This document shows, piece after piece, positions 62,332-64,000 of a DNA stretch of 64,000 nucleotides. The stretch is from Lophium mytilinum. Its lineage: Eukaryota. Position 1 is the stretch's first letter; each line of letters opens with the position of its first letter. The notes below the pieces were generated by a model. It saw nothing but the letters and a program-made list of their open reading frames with translations. It did not search any database and was not told the origin of the DNA. The position numbers and the translations under genes were made by a program. The DNA lies in the NCBI GenBank assembly GCA_010093605.1, contig MU004198.1:1118726-1182725 (forward strand). The letters are read 5' to 3'.

Positions 62332-63683
62332 ATGGAGGTCGCTGCAGGAGCTGTTGCTTTCGAAGCTGCTACGACTACGCTTGAGGGCGGAGCAATTGCC
62401 GGGTATGCCATTGCTCAGAAGACCATGCCGTTGAAGGCGACGTTTACTCAAATTGCGACGTCGCCTCAAACATCAGACCGGTGAGTTAGACTGCTCGTCG
62501 TATATCAACAGGAATACTGATGATCAATAGAAGCTCTCTATGTCGTCTAGGCCATACCGTCAGTGTCGTTGACGGCAAAGCATACATCTTCGGAGGGACG
62601 ACGACCGAAGCTATCTGTACCAATGAGATGCACATCTTGACTCTCCCCTCCAAGAGTAGCGAAACGGGTACTCAGTACAAGTGCGTCCCAGCACTATCCG
62701 TCGAACATCAAAAAGAAGTCCCGCCGCCAAGATGCTATCATTCAGCCACCGTGCACGGCGAAGACATCCTTGTCTATGGCGGCAAAGATGATGATGGGCT
62801 GTCTCTCCAAGAGGAGTCGAAGTTATGGAAGTTCAACACCAAAACCTTGCAATGGTCATGTCTACAGTACGCGGAAGACGAAGCAGGATCCGGACATGCT
62901 ATCTACGGACACGGAGCTACGATTCAGGACGACCAACTAGTGATCTACGGCGGAGTGCGGAGCACACCGTCGGAGAAGCAGTTTCGATCACCAAATCTCA
63001 TAACGCTAGGCCTGAAGGTGTTCACAAAGCGTGTCGCCAAGCATGCAATGGAACCTGCGACGTGCTTTCCAGCAAATCTCGTGGCAATTGACGATGCCGT
63101 CTACACGATCAATGGCGACGACGAGCTCTCTACGAATGTTCGGCAAATCAATCTCGAGGCCGCGATGGCATCTAGGCCAGCTACTCTCGAAGGTGATAGG
63201 GGAATCAAGGAGATAGCTATTCCTTCGAATCCTCTTGCTCCTGGTCCTAAAGGTCCTAGAGACGGTGCGGCACTCATACCCGTCTCGACTGGCCACGGGC
63301 GGCACTACCTCATCTACATGTTCGGCACCACACCATCACAGGCCATCGTTAACGCGAACTCGTCCACGCCGGGTAAGACCAGTCAGGCTAGTAGCTTCTG
63401 CAGCGATGCATGGACGCTTCAGATCCCATCTTCAGACTTGTCCTTGTCCGGTGCGAAAGACAAGGCTCGAGATGTGTTGGGGATGGACTCGGGGAGCTGG
63501 AGCTGGAGTGAGGTTGAGATAAAGACGGACACTGGTGAATCAGAGCACGAAGGAAAGCTCCATCCTGGACCCAGGGCTTTCGCGGGATACGCGGCTATTG
63601 ATGATAGGAGCATTTTGGTTTGGGGAGGACAAGATGCAGCACACAACGCGGTTGGTGACGGCTGGATCATCAGATTCGAATGA
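62332..63683 (+). CDS. Kelch-repeat (beta-propeller) protein; intron 62481-62530
   Basis: Repeated H-x-...-(I/V)(F/Y/W)GG motifs: GHTVSVVDGKAYIFGG, YHSATVHGEDILVYGG, GHGATIQDDQLVIYGG, ILVWGG. Intron GTGAGT..CTGAT..TAG. Confidence 0.88.
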
Positions 63684-64000
63684 ATAGCTTGATGTAGTCA
63701 GCGAGTTCCCGAAAGGGTCAAGTGATGAGACGAAAGGATACAAGATAAGAGAAGTTGAGATATTCATATTTTACTCCTAATTGACCACGTTCGCCCCACA
63801 ATAGCCAGCTAGGTAGCAATGAGGGTCTAGGTACCCGTGCTAAATGAAAGGTACCTTGATTGCTTCTGAGTACATGTTACACTACATCGTCATAGTTCAG
63901 TGAAGAATTTGTCGGCCGCTTTTCAAGTCCCGTGACCGGTTTCCCTGATCCGAAAATTCTCAGTCTGGACAACTAGCAGGCCATCCTAGGGTGGCGGAAG

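Overview
Eukaryotic, filamentous-ascomycete genomic DNA: spliceosomal GT-AG introns with CTAAC/CTGAC branch points and a 17.4 kb RIP-mutated AT-rich block. Left arm: a tandem-repeat protein that runs off the window edge and is absent from the ORF track (1625 to <1, minus), an 830 aa orphan, a divergent JmjC protein, a DnaJ protein, an atypical membrane-anchored aspartic protease, a 16-exon GPI-type mucin/adhesin whose repeats are encoded one per exon, small TE relics, a BTB-like protein, a C2H2 zinc-finger protein and an orphan. From 29.3 to 61.8 kb lies a cluster of an unrecognised multi-pass membrane protein family (motifs PPDxLGxSQVSGFYGPGxW and CFFMPCAPQ). It has one intact copy, three copies each inactivated in a different way (stops plus frameshift, nested LTR retrotransposon insertion, single nonsense codon) and one fragment. 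Interspersed are a Zn2Cys6 factor plus DHA2-type MFS pump pair and a Cys-rich single-pass surface protein. The AT-rich block is a Ty3/gypsy element (37571-54966) containing a second, oppositely oriented gypsy element (39216-47105); both keep paired LTRs and target-site duplications. A kelch-repeat gene ends the window. All exon models and family calls were made by eye, without database searches.
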